The notes below the pieces were generated by a model. That model searched no databases and had not been told where the DNA came from. It worked only from the letters and a program-made list of their open reading frames with translations. A stretch of 64,000 bases of DNA from Oceanispirochaeta sp. (GTDB lineage Bacteria > Spirochaetota > Spirochaetia > DSM-2461), in NCBI GenBank assembly GCA_963666275.2, contig CAXXOA010000001.1:832001-896000 (forward strand), written 5' to 3'. Positions 1-9,717 of this stretch are shown here, in pieces. Every line of letters begins with the position of its first letter. Positions within the stretch are counted from its first letter, which is position 1. Both the position numbers and the translations under genes were made by a program.

Positions 1-575
1 TTGACATGGATTATATATTCTGCACCGCTCAGAGGAGCTATAGTAAAATCGATCCTCCCTTTTACCAGTTTCCTGAAGTTATCAATATGATTCTCCGCAT
101 CCATCCTGATGAGGGATCCTTCCTTCACCATTTGGTCGATATCCTTATAATGATGCCCTCTGACTCCTCCGAAAACCAGACCTGCAACCACCTGGGGACT
201 TGTGTACTCCAGCATGGTTGTCCTGTTGGAAATGACTGCGTTCTGATCGGAAAAAAGGCTTTCTCCGGTCCAGTGGAAGAGAGTCTCTCCTGTGTCGTTG
301 AACCAGACGGGATTGACCCAGGGGATCACAGCTTTTTCATTTGCTTCAAGCATCTTATCCACTCTGCTGCGGGACATGGGGATAAGGTTAAACTGATACT
401 TTCCGTGTGAGGCTACTGTCAGGTATCGGGCCAGATCATAACTGAGGCCATATCCCTCTCCCGTATAAAACGGTATATGTGTATGGTAGGAAAACAGGGG
501 AATCTTTTCGCTTTCTGCAAATAATGAGAGATAAGTTGTTAAAAGTACTGGTAATATTAGTAACAGTTTCTTCAT
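1..575 (-). CDS. Periplasmic solute-binding protein (amino-acid-type SBP family 3-like), 3' end runs off the window
   Basis: Not in the ORF track. Translated by hand from ATG at 575: MKKLLLILPVLLTTYLSLFAESEKIPLFSYHTHIPFY...GGVRGHHY...NFRKLVKGRIDFTI. Signal peptide plus an L-x-x-GRID motif; frame open to the window edge. Confidence 0.75.
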   Translation of the reverse strand, partial: MKKLLLILPVLLTTYLSLFAESEKIPLFSYHTHIPFYTGEGYGLSYDLARYLTVASHGKYQFNLIPMSRSRVDKMLEANEKAVIPWVNPVWFNDTGETLFHWTGESLFSDQNAVISNRTTMLEYTSPQVVAGLVFGGVRGHHYKDIDQMVKEGSLIRMDAENHIDNFRKLVKGRIDFTIAPLSGAEYIIHV

Positions 576-643
576 ATCCAACCCCTTTTTTTAAATCCTA
601 AGCGACCAAAGGCGGAATTGCTATGAACTTTTTTCTTCTGCTG

Positions 644-2041
644 TCAGCAGTTTATTGTGCAGTTTTTTCCTTCCTGCTTTGCTCTGTATAATGCCTTGTC
701 CGCCTGGGATATAAGCTGATCAAATCCGCAGGTTCTGCCGGGAATGCAGCATTTAATCCCAATGGAAACAGTGATACTCCTGTCAATGGATGACAGAGAA
801 AGATTTTTCAGAGAATTGTGAATCCTTTTAGCAATCCATTCTGCGGTGGACAGCTCTGATTCGGGGAGGAAAATGCAGAATTCTTCACCACCGTAACGGC
901 AAAGCAGATCGGAATCCCTCACCTGTCTGGAAAACAGGTCTGCTGTCAGCCGCAGTATCACATCGCCCATATCATGGCTGAATCTATCGTTGATATCTTT
1001 GAAATTGTCCAGATCCAGCATCAGGATGCTGACATGCCACCCTTTTCTCCTGGCCAGTTGAAAGAGTTTTTCTCCGTTCTTAAAAAACCAGCGCCTGTTT
1101 CCCACTCCGGTGAGGGGGTCGGTGGTTGCCATCTGAACCATCCTCTCATGATTTCGGGAGTTGTTGACCGCAATAGCCATAAAATCTGCAAAACCCGAGG
1201 CAATTCTCATATGGTTGGGAGTAAAGGTTTTTGCCTTATCACTGTTAAAGGAGAGAAGCCCCAAAACGGAATCGTTGATTTTCAGAGGGATCCCCATCCA
1301 GGAACCGGGTGATGCGGAACTCTGGTCCGGAGAATCCTGAACCCTTTTTTCCAATATGCAGGGTCTGCCTTTGCTTATGATCCGGTATTGGGGAGAATTT
1401 TCTGTCAGGGAGATACAACGGGTGGTTCCGGAAGTTCCGCACCGGCTTCTTGTTCCTTCAGTAACCAGGCGGCCTTCCTCTATAAGCTGTACAGCTGCTG
1501 TATCATAGGGGATGATTTGTCCCGCCTGTTTCAGGATGATTTTTACTGCTTCATTGAGGTCGAGTACGGATGTGACCGATTTTCCCACAGTCAGAAGGGC
1601 TTCCAGTTCTCTGGTTCTCTCTTCTGCTGTAACCAGGGCTTCGGACAGACGGTTTTCTGTCTCCTTAAACTCGGTTATATCCCTGTCGGCTCCCAGATAA
1701 AGGGCTGGCTCTCCATTCTTTTCCCTGCTGAGAAACGTTCCGGAATTGTAGATCCACCGGAAATCGCCCTCCCTGCTTTTTACCCTGTAGATGAGATCAA
1801 ATCTGTCAGTATGACCCGCTCTGATACTCTCCATGGCTGCCGTCGCTTTCTCTCTGTCTTCCGGATGAAGCAGTTGGAGCCACTGGCTTTGAAACATGTG
1901 CTCTTCCGAGTATCCCAGATCCTGCCATAACTGATTGGTAAAGCATTCTCCGGTGGAGTAGTTATGCAGAAAGATCCCCAGTTTCGCCAGTACATGCTGA
2001 AACTCTTTAAGGGGTCTCTCTCCTGATGATTCTAATGGCAT
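644..2041 (-). CDS. PAS-GAF-GGDEF diguanylate cyclase
   Basis: PAS/PAC (LHPEDRE...FRWIY...DITE), GAF, then TDPLTGVGNRR, DLDNFKDIND, RDSD I-site and YGGEEF. Confidence 0.92.
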   Translation of the reverse strand: MPLESSGERPLKEFQHVLAKLGIFLHNYSTGECFTNQLWQDLGYSEEHMFQSQWLQLLHPEDREKATAAMESIRAGHTDRFDLIYRVKSREGDFRWIYNSGTFLSREKNGEPALYLGADRDITEFKETENRLSEALVTAEERTRELEALLTVGKSVTSVLDLNEAVKIILKQAGQIIPYDTAAVQLIEEGRLVTEGTRSRCGTSGTTRCISLTENSPQYRIISKGRPCILEKRVQDSPDQSSASPGSWMGIPLKINDSVLGLLSFNSDKAKTFTPNHMRIASGFADFMAIAVNNSRNHERMVQMATTDPLTGVGNRRWFFKNGEKLFQLARRKGWHVSILMLDLDNFKDINDRFSHDMGDVILRLTADLFSRQVRDSDLLCRYGGEEFCIFLPESELSTAEWIAKRIHNSLKNLSLSSIDRSITVSIGIKCCIPGRTCGFDQLISQADKALYRAKQEGKNCTINC

Positions 2042-2188
2042 TCTTATTTTCCTGAATGATTTATTTGCACAATATTAGGGAACGTGTGTTTTGATAGTGT
2101 ATCAACTATTCATTTTTGAGTAAATGGGAAAATTCCTATCTCTATGGTTTTACTTGAGATTCCCCTGCGGGTCCTGTAAAATGAAAGC

Positions 2189-2638
2189 ATGGCTGTTTAT
2201 ACAAAAAAGAGAACATACAATCTGGCAGGAAGGATGAGTAAGGATGTCATAGATGACCATATCCGGGAGGCTGTTGCGGAGAGCGGAATCGGCGAAGGGT
2301 ATGTGATGGTCTTTGTCGCCGGCTGTGTCGCCGCGCTGGCTGTTACCGAAGCGGAACCGAATATCCTGGAGCATGACCTGGACCATCTGTTTTCTCATGC
2401 CCTGGGAATCCCCTACGGCAACAATTTTGCAGACGGAACTCCCTATAGACACCATGAAACCTGGCATGACGATAATGGTTCCAGTCATCTGCGGGCTCTG
2501 CTTCTGCTGCATTCTCTCTCTATTCCCGTTGTGGATGGGGAAGTGATGCTCGGTCCCTGGCAGAATGTGGTGCTGATCGAATGTGATACAGGGCCTCGGA
2601 CCCGGACGCTGTTTTATCAGGTTCAGGGGGAAGTTTAG
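2189..2638 (+). CDS. yjbQ: YjbQ/UPF0047 family protein (secondary thiamine-phosphate synthase family)
   Basis: YRHH...DNGSSHLRALLL and LGPWQNVVLIECD...RTR motifs. Confidence 0.85.
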   Translation: MAVYTKKRTYNLAGRMSKDVIDDHIREAVAESGIGEGYVMVFVAGCVAALAVTEAEPNILEHDLDHLFSHALGIPYGNNFADGTPYRHHETWHDDNGSSHLRALLLLHSLSIPVVDGEVMLGPWQNVVLIECDTGPRTRTLFYQVQGEV

Positions 2639-2749
2639 GATGGTAGAGTCAGGAGGGTGTTATATATTTTAGTTCTAAACTGCAGAATCCAATCAAAGAC
2701 TGGTCAGATATGGGAATCTGTTAGCCATTTTCCCATACCCGTAATGCAC

Positions 2750-3340
2750 TTATCCTATTGTTTGCATTTCCATCTTCTTCCGATGAGTTACTAAGGCATC
2801 ACTGACCGGTATCATCGATAAGAGCTGTTGAGCCATGAGAATAAAATACCCCTGTCGGAACATCAGAAGGGCCGCTGCCAGGTTTCCCAGCAATAGCCAG
2901 TAATAACCGGCAGAACTGGTTTTGGCCATATAGTAAGTTCCCAGGAGAAAACCTGCAGCTATGCCAAGCTCAATGACCTGGTTCATGGAACTGATCCCTC
3001 CGAAGTCATACAGGCTGATCCCCAAACCGCTCACTATCATGAGCTTTGCCATTGCATCCAGCCATCTGGACAGGTTTGAATCCTTCTTGTTACGTATGAC
3101 ATTGATAAGACCCATGATCATGGAAGGAACACCGCTGGATTCCATCGCCGCGGCAATCCAGTTCCTTTCTGATAGAAAAATTGTCACCCAGGGCGTAACC
3201 CCCAGAAGGTAGACAACCCATGCGGCAATCTGGAATTTCCGCCGGTAATGTTCTTTTTTTGCCCTTTCTGCCGCGGAAAAAAACAGTTTATTGGTAAAAT
3301 AGAAGAGTCCTCCGGTAATCTGGAGAAATAAAATAGACAT
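2750..3340 (-). CDS. Multi-pass membrane protein, possibly a PnuC-like transporter
   Basis: About six hydrophobic segments in two similar halves; likely start is ATG 3340 after GAGG. Family assignment is tentative. Confidence 0.55.
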   Translation of the reverse strand: MSILFLQITGGLFYFTNKLFFSAAERAKKEHYRRKFQIAAWVVYLLGVTPWVTIFLSERNWIAAAMESSGVPSMIMGLINVIRNKKDSNLSRWLDAMAKLMIVSGLGISLYDFGGISSMNQVIELGIAAGFLLGTYYMAKTSSAGYYWLLLGNLAAALLMFRQGYFILMAQQLLSMIPVSDALVTHRKKMEMQTIG

Positions 3341-3788
3341 AATACAATCCTCAAATTCTGAAATATACGATAAGCAGAATCTCACCGGACAAGTACCAAA
3401 GGGATAGCCGATAACATTGTCGTGGTAACGATTTTGTGCTGCTTCTGAAACGAATTAATGAAAAAAAGTATTGGGGGGTGGTGGAGGGGAAGTCAGGAAG
3501 TTCCGAGTCCTGAGGGGCATCTGTTTACTATAATCTGGAGAGATCACATGAGAAAGCTTTCTTTTGCCCATTTTTTCCTCCAAAAAGATAAAACAGATAG
3601 ATCATTTATAGCAATGCCATAGATTGTTGTCAATTCCGCAGAGTCCGGGGAAAACTAATCAGAATAGTCTCTTTTCAAAAATTAGGGCTTTAATAAATCG
3701 ATCTATCTTAAAAATTGGGATAGTATTAATTGAAGAGAGACAATTAATTCAATATTTCTTTGTCGGAGAGAAAGTATATGAATTTCAG

Positions 3789-3817
3789 TTGACAATAAAA
3801 AATAATAGGGATAAACT
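3789..3817 (+). promoter_or_regulatory. Sigma70 promoter of the sugar operon
   Basis: TTGACA (3789-3794), 17 bp spacer, TAAACT (3812-3817). Confidence 0.75.
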
Positions 3818-3840
3818 ATGTTTGTTCGAAGTACAAACAT
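3818..3840. promoter_or_regulatory. ROK (XylR-type) operator 1
   Basis: Palindrome ATGTTTGT-N7-ACAAACAT immediately after the -10 box. Confidence 0.7.
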
Positions 3841-3886
3841 ATCAGTTATGTAGCAATATTAGAAAAAATATTATTTTTTTATAATA

Positions 3887-3909
3887 TTGTATGTATGACG
3901 AGCAAACAA
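3887..3909. promoter_or_regulatory. ROK operator 2
   Basis: TTGTATGT-N7-GCAAACAA, same geometry as operator 1, next to the RBS. Confidence 0.55.
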
Positions 3910-3922
3910 AGAGGTTGGGTAA

Positions 3923-4924
3923 ATGAGTACTAAATATGCAATTGTATTTGATATAGGAGGAACAAATCTCCGTTCGGCACTTATCGATAGTGAAGGTTTT
4001 ATTTTGCAACAATCCTTAAGGGAAAAATCGCAATCAGAACCTTATGCAGATATTGTTCATTTTATTTGTAATGAATATTCCTTGTTAAAAGGATATCTTA
4101 AATCTAACAAGAATACAGATTGTATCATCGGTGTTTGTGTAGGTATAGCTGGAGTTGTTGATTCAAGTAATTATGATATTGTGAAATCTTTTAATGTTTT
4201 TGGAAATGACTCTCCAGATCGCGTTAATATTTATCATGATCTAAAAAAAGAAATTACTGAAAATATCATACTTGTAAAAGATACAAACCTTTCAATTTTA
4301 GGCGAACAATGGATAGGTGCTGGTGAGCAGCTCAAAAATCTTGTTGGTATATTTGTAGGTACCGGGCTAGGAGCAGGATTAATCATTCATGATAATTTAG
4401 TTATTGGTGCAAATGGCAGTGCTGGTGAGATAGGTCATATTATAATTGATTCTGAAGGGAACCAGTGTCGTTGCGGAGGAAAAGGTTGTCTTGAGACTTA
4501 TGTTTCTGGTAAAGCAATGGCAAAGTATGCAAAAGAAGGGCTTGGCCCAGATGTTCAGAGTCTTTTAAAAAAATCATATGGTGACCCAGAATCTTTGAGA
4601 GCAGAAGAAGTCTATTTTGCTGCAGAAAAAGGAGACTTATATGCCAAAGAAATTATTCATAATATGTGTAAGGATCTTGCCATTGGTATTACTAATGTTA
4701 TAGATCTTTTTAATCCGGATGCCATAGTCCTGGGCGGAAGTATGATTAGTTGTCATTCCTATGTATTAGGTATTATTGAGGATGAAGTAATAAAAAGGTC
4801 TTTTAAAATTCCAATAAAGGATCATCTATTGAGGTTGAGTGCATTAGGAGACAATGCAGCTTTAATTGGTGGTATGAGAGCTCTTCAGCAATTTCATAAA
4901 GATATTGAAAGTAATAAGAGTTAG
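3923..4924 (+). CDS. ROK family sugar kinase
   Basis: DIGGT, GTGLGAG, GEIGH and CxCGxxGCLE zinc motif; no N-terminal HTH. Confidence 0.92.
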   Translation: MSTKYAIVFDIGGTNLRSALIDSEGFILQQSLREKSQSEPYADIVHFICNEYSLLKGYLKSNKNTDCIIGVCVGIAGVVDSSNYDIVKSFNVFGNDSPDRVNIYHDLKKEITENIILVKDTNLSILGEQWIGAGEQLKNLVGIFVGTGLGAGLIIHDNLVIGANGSAGEIGHIIIDSEGNQCRCGGKGCLETYVSGKAMAKYAKEGLGPDVQSLLKKSYGDPESLRAEEVYFAAEKGDLYAKEIIHNMCKDLAIGITNVIDLFNPDAIVLGGSMISCHSYVLGIIEDEVIKRSFKIPIKDHLLRLSALGDNAALIGGMRALQQFHKDIESNKS

Positions 4925-4946
4925 AAAAGAAAATTAAAAAAATAAT

Positions 4947-4969
4947 CTATTTGTTCGAACGAAAAACAA
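4947..4969. promoter_or_regulatory. ROK operator 3
   Basis: CTATTTGT-TCGAACG-AAAAACAA; shares TTTGTTCGAA with operator 1; upstream of the SBP gene. Confidence 0.55.
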
Positions 4970-5042
4970 ATTGGTTGCGGTTTGTATTTAATGAGTGTAA
5001 AAAATAGCCTTATGGCTGTTTTAAAATAAATGGAGGATTTTT

Positions 5043-6311
5043 ATGAAGAAAAACCTTATGTTGCTTATTGTTATATCCCTTCTTTCTGTTGGGATATTCG
5101 CAAATGGAACTGGTGAAGAGAAATCGGGATCTTCAGATTCCAATGTTATGTTTCTTTATCATTGGTGGAGTGCTGGTGGTGAAAAAGATGCTGTTGATGC
5201 GATCTTATATGATTTCAAAGATAAGAACCCTGATATCGCTATTGTAGAAAATCCAGTAGCAGGCGGAGGGGGAACCGTCATGCAGGCTCAGATAAAAGCT
5301 ATGATAATGGCTGGAGAATCACCGGATTCTTTTCAGGTAACTCTTGGTGATGGACAATTGAAGCAATGGGTTAATGTACTTGAACCCATTGATGATATAT
5401 GGAATGGTCTTGATATACCACCCGTCCTTAAGGGAATGGTTACTTCTGATGGTCATCAGTATGGAGTTCCTATAAACGTTCATACTTCTAATATCCTTTG
5501 GTATAATACGAAATTGGTTAAGCAACTGGGTATTAAAATGCCTATTGATTCTCTTGAGGAATTATATGCAGCTTGCGATAAGGTAAAAGATGCAGGTATA
5601 ACTCCTCTTGCTCTAGGAGTTGGTTCAGGGCAAAAGCTTTGGTGGGTCCATCTTCAGGAAGCTATTCTTCCACTTATTCCAGGAGTAGATTCGGATTTTA
5701 TTACTGATCTTTATACTGGTAAAGTGGATCCTGCAGATAGCAGAGTTCGTCAGGTAATGGAAGTTTTTCATAAGATGCTTACATCTGGATACTTTAATGA
5801 TGATTATCCTTCTCTCACCTGGGATCAGGCTGGGAATTTGATAATGAATGATCAAGCTCTGTTTTTTCCAATGGGTGATTGGGCTAAAGGTATGTTTGTC
5901 TCTGCAGGATGGAGACCTATTGAAGATTTTAATTTTCAACTTCTGGGAGGGATTCAGGCAGTTCACTCGGATCAGTTTGTTATGGCAAAGAATGCTCCTC
6001 ACAAAGAAAATGTAAGAGCCTGGTTAACTTATCTTAGTACAAAAGAAGCTGAAACACTATTTAATCCCATAAAAGGATCTATACCCCCCAGGTTAGATGC
6101 CAGTAGTGAACCATACGATGTTATATCTTCACGACTGTTAGAACTGTTCCGTGATCCAAATACAACGGTAATTCAGGATAGTGATGTGGCAACACCCGTT
6201 GGGTATATGGAGACTTTTGGAGATATGTTCAGTGTTTATGCTACAAACCCTGATGTAAATAAAGGAACACAAGAATATATAAAGGCTTATAATAAAGTAT
6301 TTAAGAAATAG
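5043..6311 (+). CDS. Carbohydrate ABC transporter solute-binding protein (glucose/mannose-binding-like)
   Basis: Signal peptide, HWWSAGGE, VAGGGG, PINVH, MGDWAKG, FNPIKGSIPPR. Confidence 0.9.
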   Translation: MKKNLMLLIVISLLSVGIFANGTGEEKSGSSDSNVMFLYHWWSAGGEKDAVDAILYDFKDKNPDIAIVENPVAGGGGTVMQAQIKAMIMAGESPDSFQVTLGDGQLKQWVNVLEPIDDIWNGLDIPPVLKGMVTSDGHQYGVPINVHTSNILWYNTKLVKQLGIKMPIDSLEELYAACDKVKDAGITPLALGVGSGQKLWWVHLQEAILPLIPGVDSDFITDLYTGKVDPADSRVRQVMEVFHKMLTSGYFNDDYPSLTWDQAGNLIMNDQALFFPMGDWAKGMFVSAGWRPIEDFNFQLLGGIQAVHSDQFVMAKNAPHKENVRAWLTYLSTKEAETLFNPIKGSIPPRLDASSEPYDVISSRLLELFRDPNTTVIQDSDVATPVGYMETFGDMFSVYATNPDVNKGTQEYIKAYNKVFKK

Positions 6312-6318
6312 TAGGTAT

Positions 6319-6345
6319 GCAGGAAGAGTGAAAAACTCTTCCTGC
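6319..6345 (+). other. Intercistronic stem-loop after the SBP gene
   Basis: GCAGGAAGAGT-GAAAA-ACTCTTCCTGC perfect hairpin with no U-tract; probably stabilises the SBP mRNA. Confidence 0.65.
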
Positions 6346-6359
6346 TGATTGGAGGATAT

Positions 6360-7250
6360 ATGCGGAACAAATTTAATTTACAGAATAGAGTACAGATAGT
6401 CCTATTCTTAGTTCCGGGGCTCTTTTTTGTAACTGTCTTCATTTATGCATTGGTTATCTGGAATGGTTATGTTTCGTTAACTGACTGGGAAGGTTTGACT
6501 GATCAAATAAACTTTATTGGTTTGAAGAATTTTAGAGATTTATTATTTGATTCAACATTCATTACAAGTGTGGGTAATACATTTTTATTAGCTGTATTAT
6601 TCTTAATAGTAAGCTTGTCAATAGGATTGTTTGCAGCGATATTACTTGATTCAAATGTACGTGGTAGAAATGTTTTTCGTACAATATTTTTACTGCCTTT
6701 GGCTGTTTCATTTGTGGTATCTGCAACGGTTTGGTCTTGGATGTTTGCGCCAAATGATGGGATTATTAATACAATTCTTCATATGATGCATTTGGGAAAT
6801 TTGGCACAACAATGGACAGCTTCTCCTCAACAGTCCTTAATTTGTGTGGTTATAGTATATATATGGCAGTTTTCTGGGTTTGCAACTCTTGTCTTTTATT
6901 CAGGTATAAGTTCAATACCTGAAGAATTAAGTGAAGCTGCTGTTATGGAAGGAGCAACAGAAATTCAACGTTATGCGGGTATTATTGTTCCATTATTAAA
7001 ACCTTCTTATTTGACAATTCAAACTATTTTGATAGTTTATGCTTGGCGTGTATTTGATCTGGTGTATTTAATGACCGGTGGTGGACCGGGTATATCATCT
7101 GAAGTCATGTCCACTTACCTTTATCGAGTGACATTCAATATGAATCAATTTGGATATGGTGGATCGATTGGCTTTTTTATGTTTGCTGTATCAATTCTGA
7201 TAATAGTTCCCTCTTTTGTGGCAACAATGAGGAGTCAAAATGAAAACTAA
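6360..7250 (+). CDS. Carbohydrate ABC transporter permease 1
   Basis: FIGLKNF and EAA loop (EELSEAAVMEGA). Confidence 0.92.
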   Translation: MRNKFNLQNRVQIVLFLVPGLFFVTVFIYALVIWNGYVSLTDWEGLTDQINFIGLKNFRDLLFDSTFITSVGNTFLLAVLFLIVSLSIGLFAAILLDSNVRGRNVFRTIFLLPLAVSFVVSATVWSWMFAPNDGIINTILHMMHLGNLAQQWTASPQQSLICVVIVYIWQFSGFATLVFYSGISSIPEELSEAAVMEGATEIQRYAGIIVPLLKPSYLTIQTILIVYAWRVFDLVYLMTGGGPGISSEVMSTYLYRVTFNMNQFGYGGSIGFFMFAVSILIIVPSFVATMRSQNEN

Positions 7251-7466
7251 TGAAAGTAGGGCAGTTACTGCATTTCGTTATTTTTTTCTTATTGGTTTGG
7301 CAATTTTTTATTTAATTCCTTTTTATGCATTGATAAATACATCTTTAAAATCAAATGAAGAGATCATTAGTGGTGCCGTTTCTTTGGTAAAGAATATTTA
7401 TTGGGGAGGATATCTGAAAGCTTTTCATGAAATCCTGGTAAGCGCTAATATCTCGGCATTAGAAAA

Positions 7467-9032
7467 TTAGTTGATAATGTTCCAGGGAAGAAGCTGCTCC
7501 AGAGCCTTACGATCAGTTGAATCAATCCTTGGCAATTTCTCGAAAAGCTGAAAGAGATAATTCTGCGGCTCAATATTATTTGCCTTCGCCGTTTCACACA
7601 GACTGTATATAGCAGCACTCGCATGGGCACCCTTCGGGGAGTCATAGAACATCCAGTTCTTCCGACCGACAACAAAGGGTCTTATGGCATTCTCTGCGAT
7701 ATTGTTATCCGGTGTAGTCACTGCATACTTCATGTAGCGGACAAGCTTTTTATATTCATTCCGAGTATATGAGACTGCTTCTCCCAGCTTCGTCTTCGGC
7801 GGAACCGTTGTAGACATCTCTTTCAGCCACTTTTGGAAGTCCTTCCATATAGGAACGACCTGTTTACGGCGGGTTTCGATGAAAGACCGCTGATCAAAAT
7901 CTTTTTCCCGCAGTTCTTTCTCGACCTTGTAGATTTTCTGAATGAGTTTCAGTGCTGTATTGGCCTTACCGCCACTCTTTGTCGCCTTGGCTGCTTCATA
8001 GAATTTTCTTCTGGCATGAGCCAGGCATCCCACATGATCAAGTTCGTATTCTTTTGCAGCCTTGTAGTACCCGGCGTATCCATCAGTTTGGAGAATACCG
8101 GAGAATCCTTTCAGTAAGGAGAGAGCTACCTCTTCTTTTCTTGTCTGAGAGTAGTTAAACAGGACTATCTTTCGGTCCTCATTAGAACCGACGGTAATCC
8201 ACATATAGGATTTGTTCTCCGGTTTTCGTCCCGGTTCCTTCAAAACCTGGACCGTGGTTTCATCCATATTGATCAACGGTCCTTCCCTGCTGAGTTCTCT
8301 CATCAATTCAATTAGAGGTTCGCACTTCTGTGCGGCTTTAATAGACCAGTTCGCCATATTTGTGCGGCTGATATCCAGTCCTACCCGTTTAAAAATCCTT
8401 TCCATTCGATTAAACGGCAGAGAATCACCGAATTTGCTGACAAGGATATAACTCAGGATACCAGATGAAGCGATGCTTCCTGGCATAATACGGGGCGGAG
8501 CCTTGGATCTGAGAATAGTAGGGAGATCTTCATCTTTTTGAAAATCATCACATGTACAGGGACCGTACTTAAGCTTGATATGTTTTTTGACTATGACTTT
8601 GGCAGGAATGAACTGAAGCTCTTCTGATTCATCTTGTCCGATCAGGGGTCTCTTGGAATGGCAATGGGGACAGATCTTTTCTTCTTCAGGTAAATCGTGG
8701 ATGATCTCTTCCCGTGGGATGCTCTCCGGGATGGGTTTTCTACCGACATTTTTCCCATTGCTGGTTTTCTTTACAGGTTCTTCTGCCACCTGGTCTGAAG
8801 ACTCATCAGTAATCTGTTCAATCTCATTGAACAGATCCATTTGCTTCTTATCTTCTTCCGTCCATTTCTCGCTCTTACGGGCATATTTCAGCCCTTTGAT
8901 AAAAAGGATTTCCTCTTTCAGACTTTCAATAAGAGCATCCTGCTTTTCCTGTTTTTCCTGCATATCCAGGATGAGTTGCTTCAACTGATCGATATCATCA
9001 GGTAGTGATGATCTATCCCTCTCAGATGCCAT
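7467..9032 (-). CDS. tnpC: IS66 transposase TnpC
   Basis: Zinc finger CPHC, MDETT, LQTDGY, CLAHARRKF, DNNIAENAIR, GRKNW. Confidence 0.97.
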   Translation of the reverse strand: MASERDRSSLPDDIDQLKQLILDMQEKQEKQDALIESLKEEILFIKGLKYARKSEKWTEEDKKQMDLFNEIEQITDESSDQVAEEPVKKTSNGKNVGRKPIPESIPREEIIHDLPEEEKICPHCHSKRPLIGQDESEELQFIPAKVIVKKHIKLKYGPCTCDDFQKDEDLPTILRSKAPPRIMPGSIASSGILSYILVSKFGDSLPFNRMERIFKRVGLDISRTNMANWSIKAAQKCEPLIELMRELSREGPLINMDETTVQVLKEPGRKPENKSYMWITVGSNEDRKIVLFNYSQTRKEEVALSLLKGFSGILQTDGYAGYYKAAKEYELDHVGCLAHARRKFYEAAKATKSGGKANTALKLIQKIYKVEKELREKDFDQRSFIETRRKQVVPIWKDFQKWLKEMSTTVPPKTKLGEAVSYTRNEYKKLVRYMKYAVTTPDNNIAENAIRPFVVGRKNWMFYDSPKGAHASAAIYSLCETAKANNIEPQNYLFQLFEKLPRIDSTDRKALEQLLPWNIIN

Positions 9033-9076
9033 GAAGAGGATTATAACAGGAGTCCGGTTAAATTAATAGTAGAACT

Positions 9077-9424
9077 TCAAGAAACGGTTTTATATCCCAG
9101 AGACTTATGAGCCTTCCAGAAATCAATACCGTCGAGCAGCATATGGAACTGGTCGTAAGTTATTTCTCCGGCGGCATTTTCATCTGCAGGCCAGGGGAAA
9201 TGATCCTTTTCCAGCCTCTTCAGCCAGAGACAGAATCCATTCCGGTCCCAGTAGAGAATCTTTAAAAGCTTTCGTTGCTTATTGCAGAAGAGAAACAGTG
9301 ACCCGGAAAAAGGGTTCCGCTTCAAGTCTTCCTCGACCAGGATGGACAGCCCGTTGATTTGCTTTCTCATATCTGTATAACCAGGGCTGATGTATATGTT
9401 TAAATCACTGAAGTCTACAATCAT
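9077..9424 (-). CDS. tnpB: IS66 accessory protein TnpB
   Basis: TDMRKQINGL, KILYWDRNGF, KRLE...FPWP. Confidence 0.96.
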   Translation of the reverse strand: MIVDFSDLNIYISPGYTDMRKQINGLSILVEEDLKRNPFSGSLFLFCNKQRKLLKILYWDRNGFCLWLKRLEKDHFPWPADENAAGEITYDQFHMLLDGIDFWKAHKSLGYKTVS

Positions 9425-9717
9425 GCTATGGTCCTCAATGATTTAACGATTCGAATCAGGTGGGATTCATCGAAGTACTGTGGAACAAGAATCCGGGAGG
9501 GGCCGACAAGAACCTCAATCATTGAGCTCTTTTTCTCTTCCTTCTTCAGGTTAAGCTTAACAAGTCCGTTTTCTGAAGCCTTCATAGGAGTCTTGAACCT
9601 TCCTTTCCAATCACGGAACGTCCAGTAACTCAGATTCTCATCCCTGCAGAACTCAGCCATGGACTTTCCGCTGGCCTGCCATCTATCGATCATCTCTTTC
9701 CAGTATTCTCGGGTCAT
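9421..9717 (-). CDS. tnpA: IS66 accessory protein TnpA
   Basis: W...W..SG.S..EFC....L HTH pattern; first gene of the element. Confidence 0.9.
   Translation of the reverse strand: MTREYWKEMIDRWQASGKSMAEFCRDENLSYWTFRDWKGRFKTPMKASENGLVKLNLKKEEKKSSMIEVLVGPSRILVPQYFDESHLIRIVKSLRTIA

Noticed and set aside
6..410. 134-aa plus-strand ORF
   Set aside because: Antisense shadow of the minus-strand SBP gene starting at 575.
3407..3414. GCCGATAA sigma28 -10 box
   Set aside because: No TAAA -35 at the right spacing and no gene immediately downstream on that strand.
3624..3884. 86-aa ORF upstream of the ROK kinase
   Set aside because: Overlaps the promoter and operator; no RBS or recognisable motif.
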